From an uncultured Candidatus Poseidoniales archaeon (GTDB lineage Archaea > Thermoplasmatota > Poseidoniia > Poseidoniales > Thalassarchaeaceae), in NCBI GenBank assembly GCA_964618995.1, contig CAZUBQ010000002.1:25352-89351 (forward strand): a stretch of DNA of 64,000 bases. Direction: 5' to 3'. Made by a program: the position numbers and the translations under genes. The notes under the pieces were generated by a model. The model saw nothing but the letters and a program-made list of their open reading frames with translations. It ran no database searches and had not been told where the DNA came from. Positions 28,649 through 37,220 of the stretch are shown here, piece by piece. The first letter of the stretch is position 1, and each line of letters opens with the position of its first letter.

Positions 28649-31171
28649 TCACTCACCCATGAGCGCTCGGTGCACCTTCGCTTGCACATCGCGCATACGG
28701 TCCTGGGCGCCGAGTTCCTGGAAGACTGTGAGTGAACGCTGCAGGTATTCCATTCGATGTTCCCTATCCCGTGCGGCTTCTCCTAGACGGGCGAGCAACT
28801 CGCCGATGAGTACTCTGTAGTCGTTTGATTCTGCGAGAGCGAGAGCTTCTCGATACTGTTCAAGAGCCTCGTCCTGTCGACCTGCGTCGACGAGCACCTC
28901 CCCAAGCAGCAACTTGATCTCGACTGCGGAGTGCTGGTCAGCCTCCTCGCTCATCTGCTCGAGTGCCTCAGAGTAGTGGAGCAGTGCCAGTTCTGGATCA
29001 CCGCTGCGAGCGTAGAAGCGGCCGAGTACTGCCCTAGCGCGCGCATGGAGCGACTTGTCCCCTGTGGCAAGAGTCTCGTCGTGAGCCACCATCGCGTGCT
29101 CACGAGCGCGATCGAGTTCGTCCATCTCAAGCAACGATGCAGCCAACTTGATGCGCGCGGCGGCGAACGAAGGATCCTTCTCTGAACCCAACAGAACTTC
29201 GACGTTCTCGCATGTCTCCAGAGCACGCTTCAAATCCTTCTGACGCCTGTAGATGTAGCCCATGTTGTTGTACGTCCGCGCCGCTCCAAGTGCATCATCC
29301 AGTTCGATGAACTGCACCAGAGCGTCACGATGCATTTCGAGTGCTGTGTCTATGTCTCCACGCATCATGTTGATGTCCGCTTGGCTGGAGTAGATGCGCG
29401 CGGTCGCCAACTTGCCGTCATCGCTCTTGTCAAGCAACTCCAGCGCCTCGGAGTAGAGTGCGCCCGCTTCTTCCCATCTACCTTGGATTGAGAGGATGTC
29501 ACCGCGCAGTTCCAGTACCACAGCCCACGCTGAATCCTCAACATCGCTCTTTTCGACAACGTCGAGGATTCCCAGCAGTTCCATGTGACCTGATGCCACC
29601 AAGGCGCGACCAGTGGTTGCTATCTCGGCACCCAACTCCTCACTGTCTCCGGTGTAGCGCAGATGGTAGAGGAATTCGATATTCTGCGATGGTTCCCGTC
29701 GGTGGTTTCGGTACCATTCTACAGCCGCCGCGTGCAGGTCTCGACGTGTCTGATCGTCATGAGAACGTGATAGGAACTCGCGGACCAGATCGTGTACGTC
29801 GTAATTCTCAGTGTCCGCTTGCCGTGCCAGCCCCTTGTCAACCAGATCGTCAAGTAGGTCTGTCTCCAATTCCTGCATTGTCAATGCCTCCAACGGCATT
29901 GGTTCGCGGAACACGGCCAACGCCCCCAGAAGACGCTTCTCTCCACCGGAGAGCTTGCTGAAAATCTCCTGCTCGACATACGTCTCAAGAGTCTCGTGGA
30001 AAGTGGCGCCAATCGACCCACGGTTGATCAGTTCCAATACCAAGGGGTGACCGCGTGACAGACCGTAGATGTGCATGTAGGTGACCTCGTCCATGTCAGG
30101 AAGTGCGGTCAGCAATTCCCGTGAAGATTCTCGATCCAGCCCTTCCAAGTGAACGACCAGCGTCATGATGTTCCCCTCGGCGTCAGTCAGAGGCATCACT
30201 GGGCGGAACGAACGAGAGAACAGCACGATTCCGACATCATCCATCTCTTCCATCCTCTGCGAGAGGCCACGGATTACTGAGAACAGCACCTCGTCGCCCA
30301 ATTTGTGCAGGTCGTCGATGACAATCAGCGCCGAAGTGTTCGCGAGTCCTCCGACTATCAGGTTGACTGACATAGGGGCCGAGGGGACCGGCGTCGTGGA
30401 CAGATAGTCAGACAATCCGTCATCACCAATGGCTGACAGCCAATCCGAGGCCACCTCGAGGAACGAACGCGCGCCCTCCCAGTCCTGCACTCGGTGGTAG
30501 AGCAGGTTTCTCTTGTGGGTGAACCTCTCGACCAGTTTGGCGGCCAATGAGGTCTTGCCGATGCCCGCTATTCCGGGCACAAGAATAGTGGTGGAGCGAG
30601 CATCGAGGAGGTCAACCATGGTCTTCAACTCGGCATCACGCCCCACGAAATGACGCATCCTGGGAAGGTCGCCGAGCACGGTCACCAACTGCTTCTCTAC
30701 GTGCTTCGACAGATCCCTTTCAATCAAGTCGGGAGTCAAATTGCGCATATCCAGCACGCCGTTGTCATCTAGATAGCGTAGCACGTCGGTGGGCCTGATT
30801 GCGAACGGAGACTGCTCGACGGAGCCGGCGAGGGTAGTGGATTCAGTCGAGCCATCTTGGACGATTAGGCGTACAGGGTGTTCAGCCAGCCGCTCCCATG
30901 TCTCCTCAGCCAGTTTCATTCCGGATTCAGTGAGGAAGTAGGCCTTCCGTTTGCGGGTCACTCCAGATACGTGTGCCTGCCTCTCGATGAGCAGATTCTG
31001 GTCCTTCAGTCCAGCGATGGCGCGCGGGACGTTGCTGCGAGCGATGGCGACAGCGTTAGCGATGCCCATCTGTGACAGAGAGAACGGTACCTCGACCTTG
31101 TCGGAGTAATCGGCGTAGTCCCACAAGTGGAGCAGGATGCGCTCCTGCACCCCCGGCTTCACCTGCACCAT
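28649..31171 (-). CDS. Winged-HTH, STAND NTPase and TPR protein (MalT-like signalling architecture), putative regulator
   Basis: N-terminal wHTH (SQMGIANAV.IARSNVPRAI..L....L); Walker A GIAGIGKT; Walker B LIVIDDLH; GHPL motif; C-terminal TPR-like helices; GAGGTGA SD before ATG 31171. Confidence 0.88.
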   Translation of the reverse strand: MVQVKPGVQERILLHLWDYADYSDKVEVPFSLSQMGIANAVAIARSNVPRAIAGLKDQNLLIERQAHVSGVTRKRKAYFLTESGMKLAEETWERLAEHPVRLIVQDGSTESTTLAGSVEQSPFAIRPTDVLRYLDDNGVLDMRNLTPDLIERDLSKHVEKQLVTVLGDLPRMRHFVGRDAELKTMVDLLDARSTTILVPGIAGIGKTSLAAKLVERFTHKRNLLYHRVQDWEGARSFLEVASDWLSAIGDDGLSDYLSTTPVPSAPMSVNLIVGGLANTSALIVIDDLHKLGDEVLFSVIRGLSQRMEEMDDVGIVLFSRSFRPVMPLTDAEGNIMTLVVHLEGLDRESSRELLTALPDMDEVTYMHIYGLSRGHPLVLELINRGSIGATFHETLETYVEQEIFSKLSGGEKRLLGALAVFREPMPLEALTMQELETDLLDDLVDKGLARQADTENYDVHDLVREFLSRSHDDQTRRDLHAAAVEWYRNHRREPSQNIEFLYHLRYTGDSEELGAEIATTGRALVASGHMELLGILDVVEKSDVEDSAWAVVLELRGDILSIQGRWEEAGALYSEALELLDKSDDGKLATARIYSSQADINMMRGDIDTALEMHRDALVQFIELDDALGAARTYNNMGYIYRRQKDLKRALETCENVEVLLGSEKDPSFAAARIKLAASLLEMDELDRAREHAMVAHDETLATGDKSLHARARAVLGRFYARSGDPELALLHYSEALEQMSEEADQHSAVEIKLLLGEVLVDAGRQDEALEQYREALALAESNDYRVLIGELLARLGEAARDREHRMEYLQRSLTVFQELGAQDRMRDVQAKVHRALMGE

Positions 31172-31229
31172 TTCATTCACCTCGTCCGAGTTCATCACCG
31201 GTTAGCAATCAATGTGCGCACGGCACCGT

Positions 31230-34200
31230 TCACTGCTGGGGTGGGCCACCTGACTGGTCTGGAATCCATTGGTTACTTGCCGCATCCCACTGCCATCCAG
31301 GATAGGCCGGTTGCGCTGCTGGCTCTGCTGCTGGCTGTGCTGCAGCATGTGCCGCTGGTTGAGCAGCAGCCTGTTCCTGCGGCGCCTGCTTGCCCCACGC
31401 GTATACGTCCTCATCCTCTTGGGACTCCTCAGACATCAGTAGCGACTCGTCGTCCACCTCTTCGAACTCGACGAAGAAGAACACGAACACACCGCCGAGC
31501 AGAGCGACGATGACCACCAAGAGTAGCGCCCAGAGGATCCAACCGAATTTGCTCCCATCATCCGCGTCACCTACCTGGATGCTGTAGCTCGTTTCGGTCA
31601 TACGCTCATTGTCATAGTCGAACACCACGATGTTGCTGCCTCTCTCCAACTTGGATGCGGGCACGTCGATGGTCCAACTGCCATTTTCGGAGATTTGCGC
31701 ACTGCCTAGACGCATTGCGTTCAACCCAGAGCGCGCGACCACCTCAACGCCGGGTCTGCCGGTGCCAGCGAACGTGACTGTACCATCGACGTCGATGTTT
31801 CCGCTGCCAACTCGCTGGACACTGAAACTCACCGCGTTCACCACGAAATCGACTTCGAGCGAGTACGCCTTGCTGTTGTGTGGATCCTTGGCGAGGAACT
31901 TCATCCCCGAGCAGGACCATTCGGCCATGTCGGGTGAATAGAACGACATCGCAACCGGGTTGTAGGTCGCTTTGCCATTGACGTCTATCTGGATTTGCTC
32001 TGCACACTGGTCGTCATCGTACGTTTGCGGGTCATCCCACACCTCAATGCTCAGATCCTCGCCCTCAGGATCGTAGAACCAACCCGCGAGTTCGACACTG
32101 GCTCCATCACCACAGCGATCCGGAGCCTGACTGTTCTCTTCACAGAAGATGACGTGCGTGCGCTGCCAACTCTGCTCCTGAGTCACCGAGGAGCCGTCGA
32201 GCAAATCGACCGTCTCTCCCTCGGCGAGATATATTGGAGCGAGATTGTTGGCATCGGGTGGGTTATCGATGATAATCTCCCTCTGAACCCAATCACTGTA
32301 CAGTTGTCCGTCCTTGGAGCGCGCCTGCACGAGATAGTGGAAATCGTGCACCAGCCTGGAGGTGTCCCAAGTAGTCGACCATGCGCCGTTGGGAGCGATG
32401 GTGGTGATAACGGAATGAGGTCCAGGGGGGCGCTCATTCATGGCGTCCTGCGGATCAAGTATCCTGATCTCGACCTTGGAAACGTCACCATCCGTGTCGC
32501 GGGCGACGCCGGAGATGATCGTGTCCGGTCCGGCACGAACGACCTGCATGTCATAGGGTTCAATCAACGTGATGAGCGGGGGTGCATTCGTATTGTCGAT
32601 ATCGAGGGTGAGCTCAACCGGAGTACACTCACCAATCACCCCGCGGCAGAACGATGAGTCGGACGCCCAGATGCGGAACATCCAATCTGTACGCACTTTC
32701 GGCATCCCGGAGAAGTTCCAGTCCCACGACCAAATCGGCCCTCCTACCACTGGGACCGTTGTCGTGTTGAATACAGATGAACTGATTTCGAAGTGGATCT
32801 GATCGATGTCACTACCATAGACGCCGTTGTACGGGTCACTGGCTGTGCCGCTGAAGGTGACGATGCCCGAATCGAACAGCGAACCGTCCGTCGGCGTTAC
32901 CACGTGGATGACTGGGGCCACCGTGTTGAGTCTGATTGTTCGCGTCACGACTGGACTGTAGTCGACACCATCCCAGGCGCGGAACTCGAAGGTGTAGTCG
33001 TTCTCTGGTTCCAGTGACATGTCATACTCGAAGTGCCAGATGCGGAATGGCCTGTTATCACTGGTCACTTCACCGTTCGCGTTGCTGTCGTCCACCGCGT
33101 AACGGGTGTCATTCCACGAACTGGATGCGGGCGTCTTAATCTCGATGCGCTCGATAGCACCCTTCTGCTCCCAGCGCGCCTGCTCGTCGGAGTTGAATAT
33201 CCCTGTGCCGATGTTTCCATCCCAACCCGAGCCAGTGAAGTTCACCTGACGCTTGAAAGAATGTCCGTCGAGTTGGGTGACAGTGACTGTGGGAGCCATA
33301 TTGTCGAGGGAAATGACCTGGTCCAAGGTCCCTGTCAGGTTGAACCAGTGCTTCTCGTATCCCTTGCCGAACTTGTATGTGGTCACGTAGTACTTCGACA
33401 ACTCACGCGTCGCCGACCCCTGCTGGCAATCTGGGTCATCCGAGTCGTAAAGCAAATCTCCGTCGTTGTCGATTCCGTCGCTGCAAGAATTCTCACCCGG
33501 ATCCCCTGCGAAGTCGTTGGGGTTGTCACCATTGCCTCTGATGTCAAGATGGAAGTCCGAGGGGAGTGCCACCCACGGCGTGAAACCGAACGGATCGGTG
33601 TCCATATCGTACATGTCGTTGCCGTGCGCATCTTCCAGCAACACCGTCGCACCTCCGACGCGCACACCGTTGACGGTGGCACGGAAGCGCACCAGTTCTG
33701 CCCTCCTCAGTTGAACCGACCACGTGCCGGCAGCTTGGGCGATATGTGCTTTGGAGAGGTCGAAGTTCGTCAGGTTGGCGAAAGTCAACACCGTCGAGTT
33801 GTTCACCAGTTCGAGTGACAACGGGAAGTTGCGAGGCGGAATGATCTGAGTAGGGGCGAGGTCGAGTTTGTTGCCCCAACCGTTGTTCGGATCGGCGTCT
33901 GCACTAATCCAACGGAGTTCCATCGGATAAGTCGTGGACGAAGTCGGATTAGGAATCAACTCAGACTGAACCGTCACCGAACTCTCTGAGATGTTGTACA
34001 CCTGCGATACGTTGTTCCAAGTGTTACCCGAGAAAAAGGCGAGCGAACCGTATTGTGGACCGCTCGGCACATCGTGCTGAACGACTCGTGCGCCCACTCC
34101 TGCAGCAGTGAACGAGTTGTCCTGGACGTCGATGATAGCTCCAATCGCTCTGATGGCATCACCCTGAGCGTTGTTCACAGTGTTGCGATGGATGCTGACA

Positions 34201-35630
34201 CTGGAGCGGAACAGGTGGAACACAGGGCAGGTGAATTCACTGTCCCACACCTTCTCACTCTGACACGTGCCGCTCACGTTACTGAAGGTGTTGTCCGCGA
34301 ACCATCCCCGAGCAGGCTGTGGACCAGACACAGTCCAGCCCTGGTCCCCGAAGTGGTACTCGCCGAGAATGACCGGTTCGCGGTTGATGTCCTGGAATGT
34401 GTTGTTGTCAGCGATGATGTCAACATAGCCGACACCCCAGATTCCATTGTAGCCACCAATCGGGCCGATGATGTTGCGGCTGAACTTGACCTCTGCCAAT
34501 TCCGGGTAGTTTGACACGACCTGGATTCCAGACCCATCATCAGCACCCTCCATCACGTTGTCCTCGAAGGTCACCAGAGCGCCGTCATAGGCGGTGAGCG
34601 GTGAGTTGTCTGCGGTTGAAATGCTGTTATGGTTAGCAAACAGTTCGTAGTCGTAGCCAAGAATCGTTCGCCTTCCATTGACATCGATTCCTGTGCAATC
34701 AGTCTGGAGCGTGTTGCTTGATATCGTTCCCGCGGAATCAGTGTAGCGATAACCGTAGTCCGCGCTGGCAACCACACCGTGGTCGATGTTCAGGAACGAC
34801 TTCTGCGCCCAGACGACGTGGCGGCCGTTGTCCTGTGAACTACATCCAGAGGATGTGCCAGAGAACACGGGGCTGTCAAGAGTCACCGGGTTGTTTGGCG
34901 TGCCCGCGCCGTAAGCCTGGATGGCCTGTCCAAGCAGAGACTCGACGCGCTCCTCGCTGCCGACGGTGAACGTACCACCGACGAAATGTGGTGAGGCAAG
35001 ATCGAGGATGAGCACACTTGAGGTGTTGATATCCTCAAACAACAGCCCTGTCGATGTCGGGCTGGCACCATCGAAGACCAGCGCGCCGTAGCGCACCTCG
35101 CTGATGTCAGTGGCGAAGCGGGGGATTCCATACGCATTCTTGATCTCAAGGTGATTCAACTTGGTCTGCTGCACATCGATGGTATCCCTGATTAGGATGC
35201 CTTCGTAGCAAGAGGGGTCCGCGTTGTAGAGCGGCTGGCCGTTGGACGGGTTGTTCAGCCAGTAGCAGTTTCCGCGGGCCGACCAGTTGCTCGGATCGCT
35301 CCAAGTGAATGTGGCCTTGCTCGAGTTGCTCCCCATGCCATTTGCGCCACAGCCAGTGTCCGCCGCGCATAAGTTGCCCCTTACGTGTAGGAACGTACCG
35401 TTCGCCATGGTGACCGTAGTCCCGGGCTGGATGATCAGTTTCGCCCCGGGCGCCACCTCCACGTTACCGGTGACCGTGTGTGACCCCTGCCATATCTCGG
35501 TTCCAGATATGACTCCGCTCTGGGTTTCATTCGAAGCGACGGCGGTCGGCAGAGCCAACAACAGCGCGCTCAGCGAGGTGAGCACCATGAGGCTCACCAG
35601 CGTGAAACTCTTCATTCGATTGTCATTCAT
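31230..35630 (-). CDS. Giant (~1,465 aa) surface protein: right-handed beta-helix, Ig-like domains, C-terminal TM, Q/A/P-rich tail
   Basis: Signal peptide; V..GA.L.I.PGT.V beta-helix cap; repeated I..NT(F/I) turns; P.I....P.DG...SG.A.D Ig-like repeats; TM; AGGAG SD. Confidence 0.85.
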   Translation of the reverse strand: MNDNRMKSFTLVSLMVLTSLSALLLALPTAVASNETQSGVISGTEIWQGSHTVTGNVEVAPGAKLIIQPGTTVTMANGTFLHVRGNLCAADTGCGANGMGSNSSKATFTWSDPSNWSARGNCYWLNNPSNGQPLYNADPSCYEGILIRDTIDVQQTKLNHLEIKNAYGIPRFATDISEVRYGALVFDGASPTSTGLLFEDINTSSVLILDLASPHFVGGTFTVGSEERVESLLGQAIQAYGAGTPNNPVTLDSPVFSGTSSGCSSQDNGRHVVWAQKSFLNIDHGVVASADYGYRYTDSAGTISSNTLQTDCTGIDVNGRRTILGYDYELFANHNSISTADNSPLTAYDGALVTFEDNVMEGADDGSGIQVVSNYPELAEVKFSRNIIGPIGGYNGIWGVGYVDIIADNNTFQDINREPVILGEYHFGDQGWTVSGPQPARGWFADNTFSNVSGTCQSEKVWDSEFTCPVFHLFRSSVSIHRNTVNNAQGDAIRAIGAIIDVQDNSFTAAGVGARVVQHDVPSGPQYGSLAFFSGNTWNNVSQVYNISESSVTVQSELIPNPTSSTTYPMELRWISADADPNNGWGNKLDLAPTQIIPPRNFPLSLELVNNSTVLTFANLTNFDLSKAHIAQAAGTWSVQLRRAELVRFRATVNGVRVGGATVLLEDAHGNDMYDMDTDPFGFTPWVALPSDFHLDIRGNGDNPNDFAGDPGENSCSDGIDNDGDLLYDSDDPDCQQGSATRELSKYYVTTYKFGKGYEKHWFNLTGTLDQVISLDNMAPTVTVTQLDGHSFKRQVNFTGSGWDGNIGTGIFNSDEQARWEQKGAIERIEIKTPASSSWNDTRYAVDDSNANGEVTSDNRPFRIWHFEYDMSLEPENDYTFEFRAWDGVDYSPVVTRTIRLNTVAPVIHVVTPTDGSLFDSGIVTFSGTASDPYNGVYGSDIDQIHFEISSSVFNTTTVPVVGGPIWSWDWNFSGMPKVRTDWMFRIWASDSSFCRGVIGECTPVELTLDIDNTNAPPLITLIEPYDMQVVRAGPDTIISGVARDTDGDVSKVEIRILDPQDAMNERPPGPHSVITTIAPNGAWSTTWDTSRLVHDFHYLVQARSKDGQLYSDWVQREIIIDNPPDANNLAPIYLAEGETVDLLDGSSVTQEQSWQRTHVIFCEENSQAPDRCGDGASVELAGWFYDPEGEDLSIEVWDDPQTYDDDQCAEQIQIDVNGKATYNPVAMSFYSPDMAEWSCSGMKFLAKDPHNSKAYSLEVDFVVNAVSFSVQRVGSGNIDVDGTVTFAGTGRPGVEVVARSGLNAMRLGSAQISENGSWTIDVPASKLERGSNIVVFDYDNERMTETSYSIQVGDADDGSKFGWILWALLLVVIVALLGGVFVFFFVEFEEVDDESLLMSEESQEDEDVYAWGKQAPQEQAAAQPAAHAAAQPAAEPAAQPAYPGWQWDAASNQWIPDQSGGPPQQ

Positions 35631-35669
35631 GTTCACATACTCCTGATGTGAGCGGCCGATGGAGGGACT

Positions 35670-35679
35670 GAATATAAGC
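35670..35679 (-). promoter_or_regulatory. Putative TATA box (CTTATATT) of the beta-helix/STAND operon
   Basis: Minus strand reads GCTTATATTC about 40 nt upstream of ATG 35630. Confidence 0.5.
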
Positions 35680-35703
35680 AAGAAGGCTCGACGCAATAGT
35701 ATT

Positions 35704-35814
35704 TGTATCAATTATCACTGTTTGTATCAATATTTTCTCGCTAATTTTCCTTACACTGTATCAATTTCAATGAAATGTATCAATTATTAATATCATACCT
35801 AGGATGAAATATCA
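35704..35814. repeat. AT-rich island with four exact TGTATCAAT direct repeats
   Basis: Copies start at 35704, 35723, 35757 and 35776 (spacing 19/34/19); extra TATCA cores at 35791 and 35810 (19 apart); 30 G+C in 35701-35820 (25%). Confidence 0.9.
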
Positions 35815-35861
35815 GAATTGGTCTAATGACTGGTTGGATATTACCGGAATCAGGTGTGATG

Positions 35862-37124
35862 TCACGTGGAAGAGGCAAGTCTGACCTCGACCTCTTCAAG
35901 CCAGGAGGTAGCATTCAACACCCCGTACCCGTAGCGCAGGTGGTGATCATCCAGCATCAACGGACTGGGGTCACATGAGTCGGCCAGAGCCTGCTTCACC
36001 AGGTCAATCGGCGCGCGATCACCCTCAGCAGCAGGTTGCAGCGCACCATGGTCTCGATGCCGCTCGAGGATCAATGCCAGCGCCCCGGTCACGAACACGG
36101 TCGCATCGCTTGTACCATCGCTGCGTGACCAAGTCGCACCTAGCTCCGTGGAGACGAAGGTGGAGTGGATCATCACCCCTGGGGCAACGACCTCAGGCTT
36201 CTGGTCAGGGGTGGACCTAGAACTCCCATCCGCCAATGTTGTTGCTCCGGCGCTGCTCTCTGACCACAGTGTCCGGTTACGGTGCACTGCTCCGACAGCG
36301 ATCACGTCATCGATATTCGCCGGGACGCTGACGTCCGGGTAATCCTGACCCGCCCCACCATGGTTACCAGCTGCCGCGACCACGAACACTCCGTTGTCGA
36401 GCGCCACATCCACAGCTTGCTCCGTACGTGTCCCGAGTTCAGTCACGAAGTCGGGCTTCCCCCCCAGACTCAGGCTGATGATGTGTGCCTGTTTCTCCAG
36501 CCAACACCATTCGATCGCATCCGCCACTACATTCTCAGCCCCGGATGAACCGTCGGCACCGAGCGCGGCTGCCACGATCAATTCGATTCCGGGCGCCGCT
36601 CCCGTGAACGTACCCTGAGCAGCGAGAATGCCCGCCATCATCGTGCCGTGCGAATGGGTTGCATCATTGTCGTGTGGATCTCCTTCCGTGTCGTGGACGA
36701 AATCCCGGAAGGCAACCAGATTGACATCAGATAGGTCCGGGTGGCTCGTGTCGATTCCTGTATCCACCAAGCATACTCGTACTCCCGCTCCTGTGAGGCC
36801 GATGTCGTTGAGGTCGCGGATGCCTGTTTCCTCGTATGCCCACTCAGAGTTGGGGATCAGGTCCTCGATGTAACTGGTCAGTAGATTCTGCGTGACCAGC
36901 AGCACAGCCAGCAGGATGATGATTATCCACAACCCCCATGGAAGGATGAGTGGGGGGCGCACTGGTCTGGCTGCGTCCGCCTCCTTCCAGCCACCAGGGT
37001 CCCGGTCGGAGGGCAGTCCGTAATCCTCAGCGGGGTATCCGGGTGCCTCGGGGTCGATTGCCGACAGCATTCTCGGTTCTTCAGGCTCTGGCAGGAACTC
37101 GACATCTTCCAGACCGAGTACCAT
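35862..37124 (-). CDS. Membrane-anchored S8 (subtilisin-like) serine peptidase
   Basis: LVDTG, HGTMMAG, AAGN, KPEVVAPG, DGTSDA; single N-proximal TM; GAGGAG SD. Confidence 0.9.
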   Translation of the reverse strand: MVLGLEDVEFLPEPEEPRMLSAIDPEAPGYPAEDYGLPSDRDPGGWKEADAARPVRPPLILPWGLWIIIILLAVLLVTQNLLTSYIEDLIPNSEWAYEETGIRDLNDIGLTGAGVRVCLVDTGIDTSHPDLSDVNLVAFRDFVHDTEGDPHDNDATHSHGTMMAGILAAQGTFTGAAPGIELIVAAALGADGSSGAENVVADAIEWCWLEKQAHIISLSLGGKPDFVTELGTRTEQAVDVALDNGVFVVAAAGNHGGAGQDYPDVSVPANIDDVIAVGAVHRNRTLWSESSAGATTLADGSSRSTPDQKPEVVAPGVMIHSTFVSTELGATWSRSDGTSDATVFVTGALALILERHRDHGALQPAAEGDRAPIDLVKQALADSCDPSPLMLDDHHLRYGYGVLNATSWLEEVEVRLASST

Positions 37125-37220
37125 CTGCTCCTCTCCGTACACTCCGAGGAGAGTACGCTTCATCCACTCTTCGCACCGGTGAGTGGTTCGATTGTCCGAA
37201 CTGAGACCTACTCGCGGTGG

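Noticed and set aside
28649..31171. STAND-TPR as an Avs-type antiviral system
   Set aside because: The N-terminus is a wHTH, not a nuclease/protease/TIR/SIR2 effector, and there is no defence-island context; not fully excluded
35704..35790. Repeat array as a mini-CRISPR
   Set aside because: Repeats are only 9 bp with 10- and 25-bp gaps, and there are no cas genes
35816..35845. Possible Xer dif site (TTGGTCTAA-N-TTGGATAT)
   Set aside because: The arms are not convincingly inverted repeats
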